A stretch of 64,000 nt of DNA. Origin: Malacoraja senta (lineage: Eukaryota). Shown piece by piece: positions 25,087-36,466 of the stretch. The stretch spans positions 9,984,001 to 10,048,000 of the forward strand of contig CM075988.1 of the NCBI GenBank assembly GCA_038087875.1, given 5' to 3'. The notes beneath the pieces were generated by a model, which was not told where the DNA came from, did not search any database, and saw only the letters and a program-made list of their open reading frames with translations. The translations under genes and the position numbers were made by a program. How positions within the stretch are numbered: position 1 is the stretch's first letter; every line of letters begins with the position of its first letter.

Positions 25087-27140
25087 TTTTATTTTTTATT
25101 TTTTTTTATTTTATTTTATTAGAAGTTAATACAATACAAAACAATACAGTGGTACCTAATTTTAGGTGCCAACTATGTCATAACGTAATACATTCTATGT
25201 ACAACCTCTAGTTTTATGTTTTTGAAAAGGAGGTAAAAAAAAACAAAAAATAGAGAGAAGAAAAAGAGGAAAAATAAATAGTAGAAAATAGAAAAACGTG
25301 AAGTGTGTATATAAGAAAAGAAAAAGTAGAAAGTAGAAATAGTAGAAAAAGACCCTTAAAAAAGAAATTTTCAAATCTTTGTTCGGAGATGTAAATCTAT
25401 CCACGACCTGACCTGAAATCAGTAATCTTTACGGTACTGCTGCATCACATGATTCCAAAAAGTCGATGAAAGGGGACCAACTCCTTAAGAATTGGTCATA
25501 TTTATCTATTAGGCGGAGTCTCATTTCTTCAAGGTGTGCTATGTCCGTCATATTCCTAATCCACATTTTAATAGTTGGTATAGCTGTATTTTTCCAAAAT
25601 TTAAGTATCAATTTCTTTCCAATTATTAACCCATAATTAAAGAATACTTTTTGGTCTTTGTTTAAATTGATATCTTCTACTATTACTCCAAATATAATCC
25701 ATTCCGTATTAGATTCTATTCTTGACTTGAAGAGCTTTGTAAATATATCAAATATATCGCTCCAAAATTTATTCAACTTTGTACATCCTACAAATGAATG
25801 TGTTATATTGGCATTTTGAAACAAACATTTATCGCATCTGGGAGAGACGTTTGGGTAGAATATATTCAACCTCGTTTTTGAATAATATAGTCTATGTAAT
25901 AATTTAAATTGAATTAAATTATGTCTTGCATTAATGGAACAATTATGTGTGTTCATCAGATACTTTTCCCATCTATCTTTTGGGATCTTTATCATTAGTT
26001 CATGTTCCCAATCTTCTCTTAGTGCCTCTGTTGAGGGTAATTCTCTATTTAATATACTATTATAAAAATATGATTAGTTTTTGTGAATCAGCCTTAATAT
26101 TCATTGCTTCTTCTAAAGGGTCTAAAAATATAGTTTGAAATCTATGTATATATTTCTTCATAAAGTCACATATCTGTATATATTTAAAATATTGATTATC
26201 ATTCAGTTTAAATTTTAATTTTAATTGTTGAAATGATAACAATTTGCCCAATTCATACATATCTCCTACTTTCCTAATCCGCAGTCTATCCCATTGTTTA
26301 TATGTTTTGTCGATAAGAGATGGGTTGAATGCAGGATTATTCAGTATTGGGGTTAATACTGATAGATTATTTAATTTCAAGGATAATTTTATTTGTTTCC
26401 AAATTCTTATTGTATTGTGAATAATTGGGTTCTTCTTATATATTATACTATTCAATTTTATCGGTGAGAACAAGATCGTTCCTATATCGTACGGGAAACA
26501 CTCCTCTTTCTCCATTCTTATCCACTCCGACTGGTGAGTGGAACTATCCAACCAGTACATTATGTTCTTAATATGCACTGCCCAGTCGTAATACGTAAAG
26601 TTAGGTAGTGATAACCCCCCAACTTCTTTAGGTTTACACAAATGCTTTCGTTGAATTCTGTGTGCTCTATAATCCCATATAAAATTAGTGATATTAGAAT
26701 CTAGTTTTTTGAAAAAATATTTCGGAATATATATTGGGATCGCTTGAAACAAATATATTAATTGTGGTAAGAAAGTCATTTTTATAGCGTTAATTCTACC
26801 TATCAATGAGAGCGGGAGCGTTTTCCAAAATTTAATCATAACATTCAGTTTATTTAATAGTGGCATAAAATTGGCGCTAATTAATGATTTGTGTCTTCTC
26901 GTAATTTGAATACCTAAATACTTGAATTTTTCTGTTGCAATTTTGAAAGGGAATTTCAATAAGTGTCTCGCATCCTGTGGTTTTAAAGACATAATTTCGC
27001 TTTTATTCCAATTCATTCTATATCCTGAAAAATAACCAAATTCCTCAATTAGTGTTAATAAGGTGGGGATACTCGTTTGTGTATTAGTAATATATAAAAG
27101 AATATCATCAGCATATAATGAAATTTTATTCTTTGAGTCC
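25087..27140 (-). mobile_element. 5'-truncated L1-clade LINE (ORF2 RT to C-terminus, 3' UTR, poly-A)
   Basis: 14-bp TSD TTATTAGTACAGTT at 25073-25086 and 27141-27154; poly-T on the + strand; KISLYADD and CDKC..HSFVGC motifs. Confidence 0.95.
25429..27140 (-). pseudogene. L1 ORF2 fragment with one frameshift near 26070
   Basis: ORFs 26060-27163 and 25429-25995 join into an RT-thumb to CCHC zinc knuckle region. Confidence 0.9.
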
Positions 27141-29252
27141 TTATTAGTACAGTTAAACGACATTCTCCATTTTTCATAATGAACAGGCCACTCCTGCCAT
27201 CATTCCATGGGTGCTTTGCACGATTTTCGAGCCTGTCTTGAAAACGACAATTCTGGCCCTAATTCCAAACTTGCTTGGAATGCTAGTATTGTGCCCTCTA
27301 AGCAGATGACAATTCTTTTATCCTTTGAGTGCTGTACAAACAAGTGTAAATATTACCTACTTGTGAGTGGTCCACTTACCCATGTTTTGGAAGTGCCGGA
27401 CCCACCTTGTTGAGTAGGACTGGTAGGGTACGTGGAACCTGTGCCCAGCTGTCATGCTGCCACCAGCTTCAGTGAACTGCCCACTGCCGATGAAGGCATA
27501 GGGTGCGTTGTTGCCAAAATGCCGTTCATCCATGGAGCTGCAGAGCGCCAGCTGCGCATCTGAGTTGACGGCCGCCTTGTTCCTGGTCCAAACCCGGAAT
27601 CTGCACCTCTCTTGTAGGGATACCTCCTTTTTTCAGATTTGCCGACCACCGGTGGCTTAACCTTGCTGCGTCTCGGACAGCTGCCCTCCATCGATTGTTC
27701 TAGCGAACGCAGTGATTCCTGAGCCCAGCAGCTTCAGGATTCTTGCAGCTCACCTGACCCCATATCACCTGGTTCACAGCTGGCACCTTAAGCAACACGT
27801 AGTTCCCCGAGGTCTTGTGCTTCTTTGTGGTCTCATCCATCGTGAGCACCTGTAGCTGATGGGAGACTAAGTAATTTATCGTGGAGGCCAACTCATCTCC
27901 CAGTGCCTCTCCAGACTCTGACGGGTCAGCGAATCGTACTACCAGGAATGGGACATCTGGCAGCTGCCGTCTTCGCCTGGATTGAACTCACCGTCAGAGT
28001 CGGGGTCAGAACTCAGCTGACCCATTGCACGCGCCTCATCAATGAGGGTGCTATCAAGCAGCCCTCTACTAGGTGCTGCTGGTGCGGCCTCTTCTCCAGC
28101 CTGCCGCCGACACTACTCCTGCTCCTGGAGTGTGCCCTGGGGGATCAACCTATGCAAAAGGTGCTCCATTTGGGATAACCGTTGAAAAACGGTATCCAGC
28201 CCCGGAGAGGAATTCTCTGCTCCTGACTCTGCCGAGTCAGTGGGCCTAACAGACTTGCTCGTGGCCTTACGCCCGACTGTCGCTGGCTCTGTGCTTTGCA
28301 GCACCAAGTCTGCAGCCGCCCCGCTCCCCGCTGGCGACTGTGCAGGGGTATGAGGCAGCCGTTCACCGACCGCACTCCCGCGGCTGTCTACCAATTTTCT
28401 TGCGGCTTGCCTCTTTCCCTTGGTCGTCTTGTCCATGGAGTTGTCCTGGAAGAAATACACAGCACAGCACCACAGCAAAACAACCCGAACTCCAGCTAAG
28501 TTTGTGGCACTTACCTGGAGATTTAAATCCTCACAGCCTCCGTGCGCCAATGCGGCTAGCGCGCTCACACACTAAGCAGCCCTGCCCCAGGCACTGCTGG
28601 CGCGGCCTGTACCATAGGCCCGTCCTCATACACTAAGCAACCCTGCCCCAGGCACTGCTGGCGCGGCCTGTACCATAGGCCCGAGCTGGTGCCTGTGAAG
28701 CGTTAAAAATAACAACAAAATGCATGCAAACACATACTTATTTCCAGAAGGGAAACCCTCTCAGCCCGACTCCTCCGAGTTCAATAGGGCTGTTTTATTT
28801 CATCTGTGCTCTCACCCCATGCCTGGGGCCCACAGAATGACGATTCTGTGAGTCACTGGTGTCTGCAACTCTGGCGGTAACCCCGCCTCCCTGCGTGTTC
28901 TACCCGACCCCGGGAACCCCAGCAGGTTTGAAACCACTGACCGCTTTGTCAGTGGCTTTAAACGCGAACCCGACAACCCGACTATCCGCTTCCGCGGTCG
29001 GAACTGGGGTTTCCCCACAGCCCATAGTCGGTCCACTCGCCGGACTTCGCCAAATCCTGCCGGATACCTCTGTGAAGAGAGGTTCCTGCACGAACATTAA
29101 ACCCGGTAAGTGATAAAAACTTACCTGTAGGTTTCAACACCGCCGGTAGGAGCGATGCCCTGCCAGTCCGGTGCTTCGCCATGCGAACGACGATATGACG
29201 CGCACAGGCGGGACTACTTCACGGAATCCCTCACGTGACTCCGAAGTAAAAT

Positions 29253-29338
29253 TAATGTACGAGTGACGTTGGTTGGCGTGGACTCAGGGGCCGAAAAGTC
29301 TGTTTCCACGCTGTATCTCTAAACTAAACTAAATTAAA
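29253..29338 (+). mobile_element. V/HE1-like SINE, 3' part
   Basis: Tail continues 22436-22632; ends (AACTA)n. Confidence 0.85.
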
Positions 29339-30034
29339 CGGCCAGGTAATTTCTGTCCAACAGCCTAATTTTGACATTCAGCGGTATTGCATTCATCATA
29401 TTCCCTTTGCATCAATATCTGTGGCCATTATTCACTGGATCAATTTCAGAAATAACTGTGGTACAAGAGCAGATCAAAGTCTGAGAATTCAGTGTTTTTT
29501 GACTCATATCCTGACTTTTAAAACCTTTCCACCAGCTTTAATGCACATCAGGGACATGACAGAATAGTCTCACAACTGGCTGGATGAGTGCAACGCTCAA
29601 AAGGGCATCAGCATCTGAGGTAAATTAGAATGCTTGATTAACAATCTTTCCCTTGAAACACTCACCCCTCCACCAAACATGCACAGGTGAACAACATATT
29701 CTGCAGTATCATCTCATGACAGCCTCTAGTACAGTAACTCCCAAAGTTACATCCCCTACATCCAGGGACAAAGGCAGAAAGTGCAAATGAATGCCACCAA
29801 CTAAATGTTCTCCCCCAAATCACACAAGCCCCAGACTTAGGAACTTTATCACAGTTCCTTCATTGTTGCTGGAAACTCCCAACATAACAGCATTACAGAT
29901 AGACACAAATGCAGGAGTAACTCAGTGGGCCAAGTAGCATCTCTGGAGAAAAGGAATAGGCAATGTTTTGGGTCGAAACCCTTATTCAGCCACCTTCAGA
30001 CTTCTTCAGACTTCAACAGCACTATGATACTATC

Positions 30035-30330
30035 TCATAGTAAGACCCTTTAAGAATAAGGGGTAGGCCATTTAGGACTGAGATGAGGAAAAACTTTTTC
30101 ACCCAGAGAGTTGTGAATCTGTGGAATTCTCTGCCATTTATGGCAGTGGAGGCCAATACTGGATGTATTCAAGAGAGAGTCAGATATAGCTCTTAGAGCT
30201 AATGGAATCAAGGGATATGGAGAGAAAGCAGGAACGAGATTGATTTTGGATGATCAGCATTGATCATATTGAATGGCGGTGCTGGCTCGAAGGGCCGAAT
30301 GACCTAATTTCCATGTTTCTATGCTTCCAT
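30035..30330 (+). mobile_element. CR1/HER1-like LINE 3' fragment
   Basis: GAGATGAGGAAAAACTTTTTCACCCAGAGAGTTGTGAATCTGTGGAATTC as in 11135-11562. Confidence 0.85.
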
Positions 30331-30500
30331 GCCTTATCATAAGACAAAAGCAGTTCATGAAAATGGCTCACAGACATTTGGGAGAAGGACAAAAAATATG
30401 GGTCTTGCCAGTGATTCCTACACTCCATAACTTAAGAAAAAATAAATGAGAACACAGGTGATCGAGCCACCTCTGCCATCTCAGACTGGTTATGAAGTAG

Positions 30501-30687
30501 ACACAAAATGCTGGAGAAACTCAGCGGGTGAGGCAACATCTATGGAGAGAAGGAATTGGCAACGTTTCATTTCGAGATGAAACATCGCCAATTCCTTCTC
30601 TCCATAGATGCTGCCCCACTCTCTGAGTTTCTCCAGCATTTTGTGTCTACCTTCGATTTTACCAGCATCTGCAGTTCTTTCTTAAAC
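30501..30687. mobile_element. Fold-back PLE-end insertion with 16-bp TSD
   Basis: ACTGGTTATGAAGTAG at 30485-30500 and 30688-30703; inverted arms ~30497-30570 and ~30577-30650. Confidence 0.85.
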
Positions 30688-32205
30688 ACTGGTTATGAAG
30701 TAGTCTTCCAAAAGTGATACTAAATGTGGTATCCAAAATACTTATTGGGTGGTAAATGGTAGACTTTGGACATCAGATCAGTGGACTTTGATTGACCGAA
30801 TGTTAATTTTTTTTCTCTGATTCATAAGCGCCCTGTATTTTCATCCATTGTTATCTACTCTTTGTTCAGTAAGAACACAGACACGCTAGAAACATTTCCA
30901 AAGATCCCATTCTTATTCAAAGCAGCAGAAGGTTCAGTGGAAAGGGTCACTATGCAATCTTCTAATTCACACCAGGATTTCCCTCCAAAGTTAATGATTG
31001 CCAGGGAGATTTTGCTTTCTAAAATATTAAGAATGATACTGACACATGCAGCATGCCATGATGTCAAAATGTCTCAATGTATTCCTTACAATGAATTAAT
31101 ATGAATAAATTGTGATGTGCAGAGACTTTTAATGCAAACAGAAAATGTTCACTTACATGTTCATGTAAATGCCTCCACAAGAAGTGAAAACATAAAGGTC
31201 AAATGTTTGGCAGGGGAAGCAAAATTAAAATAAAAGCATATTATGTATGCATCACTTAAGACAGAATGTCATCAGAAATAAATTGCTTGTTTACAAGATG
31301 TTACATTGTACTCGTAGATAATGCTGTCACATTATTAATAAATAAAATGCCTAATTCCTTCAATTTTGAATAAAGTTGTCCTGCTAGATTGAGTCCCCAG
31401 ATCAGCACATGTCTCCAGGAAAGTATCTATCATCCCCAGGTCTAGTGTCTGCTATTGCTACAATTAACTATTTTCAGAAATCTTCCATGAATCATACATC
31501 AGTCTCTTGCAACCCTCTGAGATCATTGCCGACAGGGCGACTGTCACCCATTTACATTTGCATAGGTTTATAGCTCGACCGGCAATCGCAGGGCAAACTA
31601 TTGACAGGTGGCTAAAACCTCATTCAATTACCGGAGAGGATCTGTGTTTTTTTTTTTAAGAAGTAGCATTAGAAGACAATTTCTGTGTTCTATATTCATG
31701 AAGCATCAAATTTCTTTACACACAGCTGCTGTAGGGAATACTGTAAACAGACCCTGACTCATTTAAGAAGCCTCTGAATTCCTGTCTGAAGATGGGTCTA
31801 ATTGGCCTTGTAGCTGTTGTCTCTCATGCAGCTGTCCGAGTACATGGCCTGGTTATACTGTAAATTATCTGTCTAATCCTATCTCCCATTGTTTATTGCT
31901 TGGAATTTGATAAAAAAAAGTATCTCCTAAGTTGGCTGTTTTAATTGTATTTTACTCCCAGAATTAGATTGCAGTCTGAGCTCACAGATTTCGCTGTTAA
32001 TGTATCAAATCACGTTAATCATAAACCAATCACACAATCTTTTAATTTTTTATTTAAAAATCATAATTCAAATGTGATATTTTGGGACAGCCCTTCAAAT
32101 GCTTATTCAAATAAATATTTTTGCAACATGAAAATTATTTCTCATGGTCCCATCTGGAAATAATATTTATTCATCTGTGTATATTTGTGATTCATAAATA
32201 GCTCT

Positions 32206-32888
32206 TTTAAAAAATAAATATTTTAATTTTATTAGAAGTAAGTACAATTGTATACAATCATATTTTCATAATACCTTTTATGTACAGCTTCTTATTTTTT
32301 AAATTTTTTGTAATAAAGAAGAAAAAGAAAAAAGTTAGATAATGAAAAATAGAAAAATGTGAGATATATGGTGTGTGAAAAAGAAAAATAGAGAGTGAAA
32401 AAAGAAAGTTAAGACATAGAAAATAGAAGAAAGAGAGTAAAAGAAGAAAAGAGAAGAAAAGAAAATAGAAGTAAGGAGATCATTTATAATCTTGACCATC
32501 CCCAGTCACGGATTAGCTTTTACACCTGTGTTGCACCATATGTTTCCAAAAAGACGACAAATGGAGACCAACTCGTTATGAATTGGTCAAATGTATCTAT
32601 TAGGAGGAATCGCATTTCCTCAAGATGTGCGGTATCCAACATACTTGCAATCCACATTTTGAGCGTTGGTATTGGTGTATTTTTCCAAAATTTCAATATT
32701 AATTTTTTTGCTATTATTAAACCATAATTAAAAATTGACTTTTGAGATGAGCTCAATTTGTTCCCATCTTCCATTACCCCAAATATAATCAATTCGTTAT
32801 TGGGTTCCATTTTTGTCTTAAATAATTTTGTAAATATTTCGAAAATATCACTCCAAAATCCATGAAGTTTTATACAAGAAACAAAAGA
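32206..32888 (-). mobile_element. 5'-truncated L1 (ORF2 C-terminus and 3' UTR)
   Basis: 16-bp TSD ATTCATAAATAGCTCT at 32190-32205 and 32889-32904; protein is homologous to 25429-25800. Confidence 0.92.
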
Positions 32889-32968
32889 ATTCATAAATAG
32901 CTCTATTGAGTATGTCATGATGTTTGCTGTAACAGTATTGTTCTGGAACAGAATCCATACAACCATTA

Positions 32969-33227
32969 GGGTGGCATGGTGGAGCAGCGGTAGAGTTGCT
33001 GCCTTACTGCCTTACTGACCCAGGTTCGATCATGACTACGGGTGCTGTTTGTATGGAGTATGTACATTTTCCCTGTGACCGTTTTTCTCTGGGTGCTGCA
33101 GTTTCCTCCTACATTCCAAAGACCCGCAGGTTTGTAGGTTAATTGGCTTCTGTAAATTGTTCGTAGAATTAGTGTAAGGGTGATCGTGGTTGGCGTGGAC
33201 ATGTTGAACCGAATACCTCTAAACTAA
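32969..33227 (+). mobile_element. V/HE1-like SINE
   Basis: tRNA head GGTGGAGCAGCGGTAGAG...GGTTCGATC and V domain. Confidence 0.85.
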
Positions 33228-33988
33228 AGAAAACATTATGAACAGCCTATGTTGAACACTAGTGGGCGATTAATCCATGGAGGAAGTGTTGAAATCTGAG
33301 GCTGCCAAGTTGTTGCCAGTGTTATGACTTTGATTCTGGTTCAGAATCAATATTGCTCCCTGAATACAATATTAAAGTTGCCTGTTTCCTATCAATTAGG
33401 ATTATATATACTTCAAAAGATCAAGAAATTGCAGGCTATGGAAAACTAGCACAGAGAAAAAGATGGTCTTGGTAATGGCACTGAATTAATGTTGTCATGT
33501 CCATGGTAGAGTGAAAAGCTTGTGCTTGTGTGCTATCCAATTAAACCATACTATACTGTACATGAGTACAGTCATACCATACACAAGTACAACAGATCAT
33601 GCAAAGAGATAAATACCTGAGTGCAGAGTATAATTTTACTGCATTGTAGCATTCAACTTCCAGAGAAAAACATCCAATATCCCCAATGAAGTAGGTTGGA
33701 AGTTCGGGACTACACCCAAGCTCATGGGAGGACTGTTTAGTTGTTTGATAACCAAGGGGAAAAAGCCGTTCCTGAGTTGGAGCCACAAGAAACTGCAGAT
33801 GCTGTTTTTTTTTTAAAAAGATACAAAATGCTGGAGCAACTGAGCGGGTCAGACAGCATCTCTGTATATTTACACCTGTATTTTGTGCCTCTTCCTGAGT
33901 CAGGTGAATTCATGTTTTTGTATCTTCTGCCTGATGGGACAAGGGAACAGAGGGAATGACCAGGATGAAAAGGGGCCTTGATTATGTT

Positions 33989-34790
33989 CTATATCTCTCT
34001 ATATCACTCTATACCCGTTCCCCTGACTTTCTGTCTGAAGAAGGCTCTCGACCCAAAACGTCGCCTATTAATTTCTCCAGAGATGCTGCCTGATCCGCTG
34101 AGTAAAAGGCCTGTCTCACGAGTCTGCGGTCATTGGCGGCGAAACAGGAAGAATCTACCGCTCCTGGGCCGCCATAGACCGCGCACTCGGTCAAACGCAC
34201 AATTCCGGGGCCGTGCGGCGTTGTTCCCAACACCGCACGGTGCTAAAATAAAACCAACACTGTTCAAATATATGTCCCTACCGCACAGCCTCCGCCAGTG
34301 ATGCACGAGTGCGGCACGGCTGCTGCCATAGCCGCCGCCAGTGTGGCTCGAGCGCCGTGCGTCGAACTTGCACCACCACAGCCTCCGCCAGTGAGGCACG
34401 TGTGCGGCACGGCCGCCGCCACAGCCACCGCTACAGCGCCGCGATCAGCACAGCCGCCGCCACAGCCGCCGCTAGTGAGTCACGTGTGCGGCACGGCCGC
34501 CGCCACAGCCACCGCTACAGCGCCGCGATCAGGACGGCTGCCGCCACAGCCCCGCAGATCCAAAATGACGTCATCGCAGTCGGCCCGCCCTTTTTTTAAA
34601 CTTACCGCAAGCTCGTGGGATCAGCCGTATTTAAATCACTCGGCCCCTGCGCAGCACCTGTGCGGCGCTCCCGTGGCATAGGCTCGGCGCTCTCGCCGTT
34701 GCCGTGCGGTCCCCTCTACAGGCGAAGCCGCGCTTCACCGCCGATGACCGCAACACCGTGAGACAGAGCCTTTACTCCAGCACTTTGTAT
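33989..34790 (+). mobile_element. PLE end with 13-bp TSD, split by a MITE
   Basis: CCTTGATTATGTT (33976-33988) / CCTTGATAATGTT (34791-34803); hammerhead-like core at 34035-34062. Confidence 0.75.
34106..34771. mobile_element. GC-rich PIF/Harbinger-like MITE with internal 84-bp repeats
   Basis: TIR ..CTGTCTCACG..TGCGGTCAT../..ATGACCGCA..CGTGAGACAG..; flanks TAA/TTA. Confidence 0.75.
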
Positions 34791-36099
34791 CCTTGATAAT
34801 GTTGGCTGATTTTCCTGAGGCAGCATGAAGTGTAGATGGGGTTGATGGCAATGGATTGGGCTACATCCACAACTCGCTGCAATTTCTATGAGTCCTTGGG
34901 AAGATCAGCCATATTCATATTGAATGGTGAGACGCAATTGAGGGACTGAGTTTCAAAGGTTTCAAAGGTCTTTTATTGTCACGTGTACCAATTAAGGTAC
35001 AGTGATACTCGTATATTGCCTACTTATTCGAGTTGCCTACTTATGCACCAGTTATCATCTGTTCTTTTGCTTTTACAACATAACATTGACCCGTACATGC
35101 AATGTAGGTAACCGAATAATGATTTAACTTGAGACTTGCCATTAAAATTTCCCCAAAGGTGCTATTTGTCAAATGTTCATTGTCTTGTTACTTCTTACAG
35201 CTTCTGGGCTTTATTCCACTATGTGACTCTGGCATATTAAGGCTATTCTGTAGTTTAATTTATCTGCCTTTTCTTTGCTTTCTCTTAAATATTTCACTTC
35301 ACCATAGGTAGTTGATTTCATTCTCAGATATTTCAATGGACTGAAAATCCAGAACCTTTTTAAATACTGGGATTTAAATATTGTTCTTCACCAATATAAT
35401 GCATTAAAATTCTCTGTTAATGTCATTTTTTTTTAAGTGGACCTGTGGTAATTACCAATCTAGCCTTTCTCAACCAATATTGCTAATTAAAGTGTAATCG
35501 TTTTCAAACCGATATGGTATAATGTTCATTGCAACATTGTATAGTGAGCAGCAATTGCTATTCCCCAGTGCTTCCACAAGGAGTTCACCTGGGAGATCAC
35601 AGATCCAAGCACATTCTCAGATATTAGTTCACCTTGTAACCATAGACCTAAGGCAACTTCCTCAGCTAGCCACTGATTTACGGCATTTGGAAAAGTGGCT
35701 ATCATGGTCATTCAGAAAGACACAGGGAACTATTTACTCATTTGCCGTAACATCATGAAATATTACCACTGGATTGGAAGATTAGTATTAGCTGGGTAAT
35801 TGCAATGATACATTGGTCAAATCAAACATTGCACCATACAACATGTAAGTATGTTGAAACAAATACAAGGCACCTATCAGGACATCTCAGTATGTTCGGT
35901 AATTGTTGCTGCAGTTCAAGAATAGCAGCATCATAATTGTCAGATATTTTGCTTTAGTGATATTAGTGAAAGAAACGGTGTTGGTTAAGCTACTGTGAAA
36001 ACACATCAGTTGTTTCTGTTTGAAATAGGATCACGTATCCATATAGCACCCTCCGAGGGGGAATAAGGGATAGTTGTTCAATGGGAATAGGGCAGAGGT

Positions 36100-36254
36100 C
36101 TTTGAATAGTCTTAAGGCGTTAAAGTGCTAAGCTTTCTAAATACCACAGGAGTGGTGGTGGAAACACATACAATAGTGGTGTTTAAGAGTCTTTTAGACA
36201 GGCACATGGATATGCAGGGAATGGAGGTACATGGATCATGTGTTGGCACATGAG
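36100..36254 (+). mobile_element. CR1-like tail, 5' part; continues at 41037-41125 after the DIRS
   Basis: ...TTAGACAGGCACATGGATATGCAGGGAATGG... resumes ...TGTGGGCTGAAGGCCCTGTTCCTGTG...TTCTATGTTC. Confidence 0.8.
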
Positions 36255-36466
36255 ATTTTACTTCGGAGTCACGTGAGTGACTACGTGAAGAACCCCGCCA
36301 GTGCGCCTGCACGTCATTACGTCAGACGCCTTGACGCAAACGGACGTGAGGAGCAGAGCTCCTCCAGTGGATTTGTAGTTTTTCAACTACAAGGTAAGTA
36401 GAAACTTTTTTCATGTTTTCCAGGTCCGTTTACTGTGGGTCTGTGGGGATTTTTTCCACAGACGCC

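Larger units (their letters stand above)
22633..29252 (-). mobile_element. DIRS1-like tyrosine recombinase retrotransposon, degenerate, containing an L1 insertion
   Basis: ICR 22859-22970 complementary to both termini; ATT trinucleotide (AAT on +) at both ends; ORF1 ATG at 28436; YR remnant HKKRSVQTISRWLK and HSTRAAS near 23300-23400. Confidence 0.9.
33490..34900 (-). mobile_element. Rex1/Babar-like LINE 3' fragment carrying PLE and MITE insertions
   Basis: Similar to 17737-18270 at 33490-33988 and 34791-34900. Confidence 0.7.

Noticed and set aside
34298..34681. Ala/Pro-rich 127-aa ORF
   Set aside because: Translation of GC-rich internal repeats of a MITE
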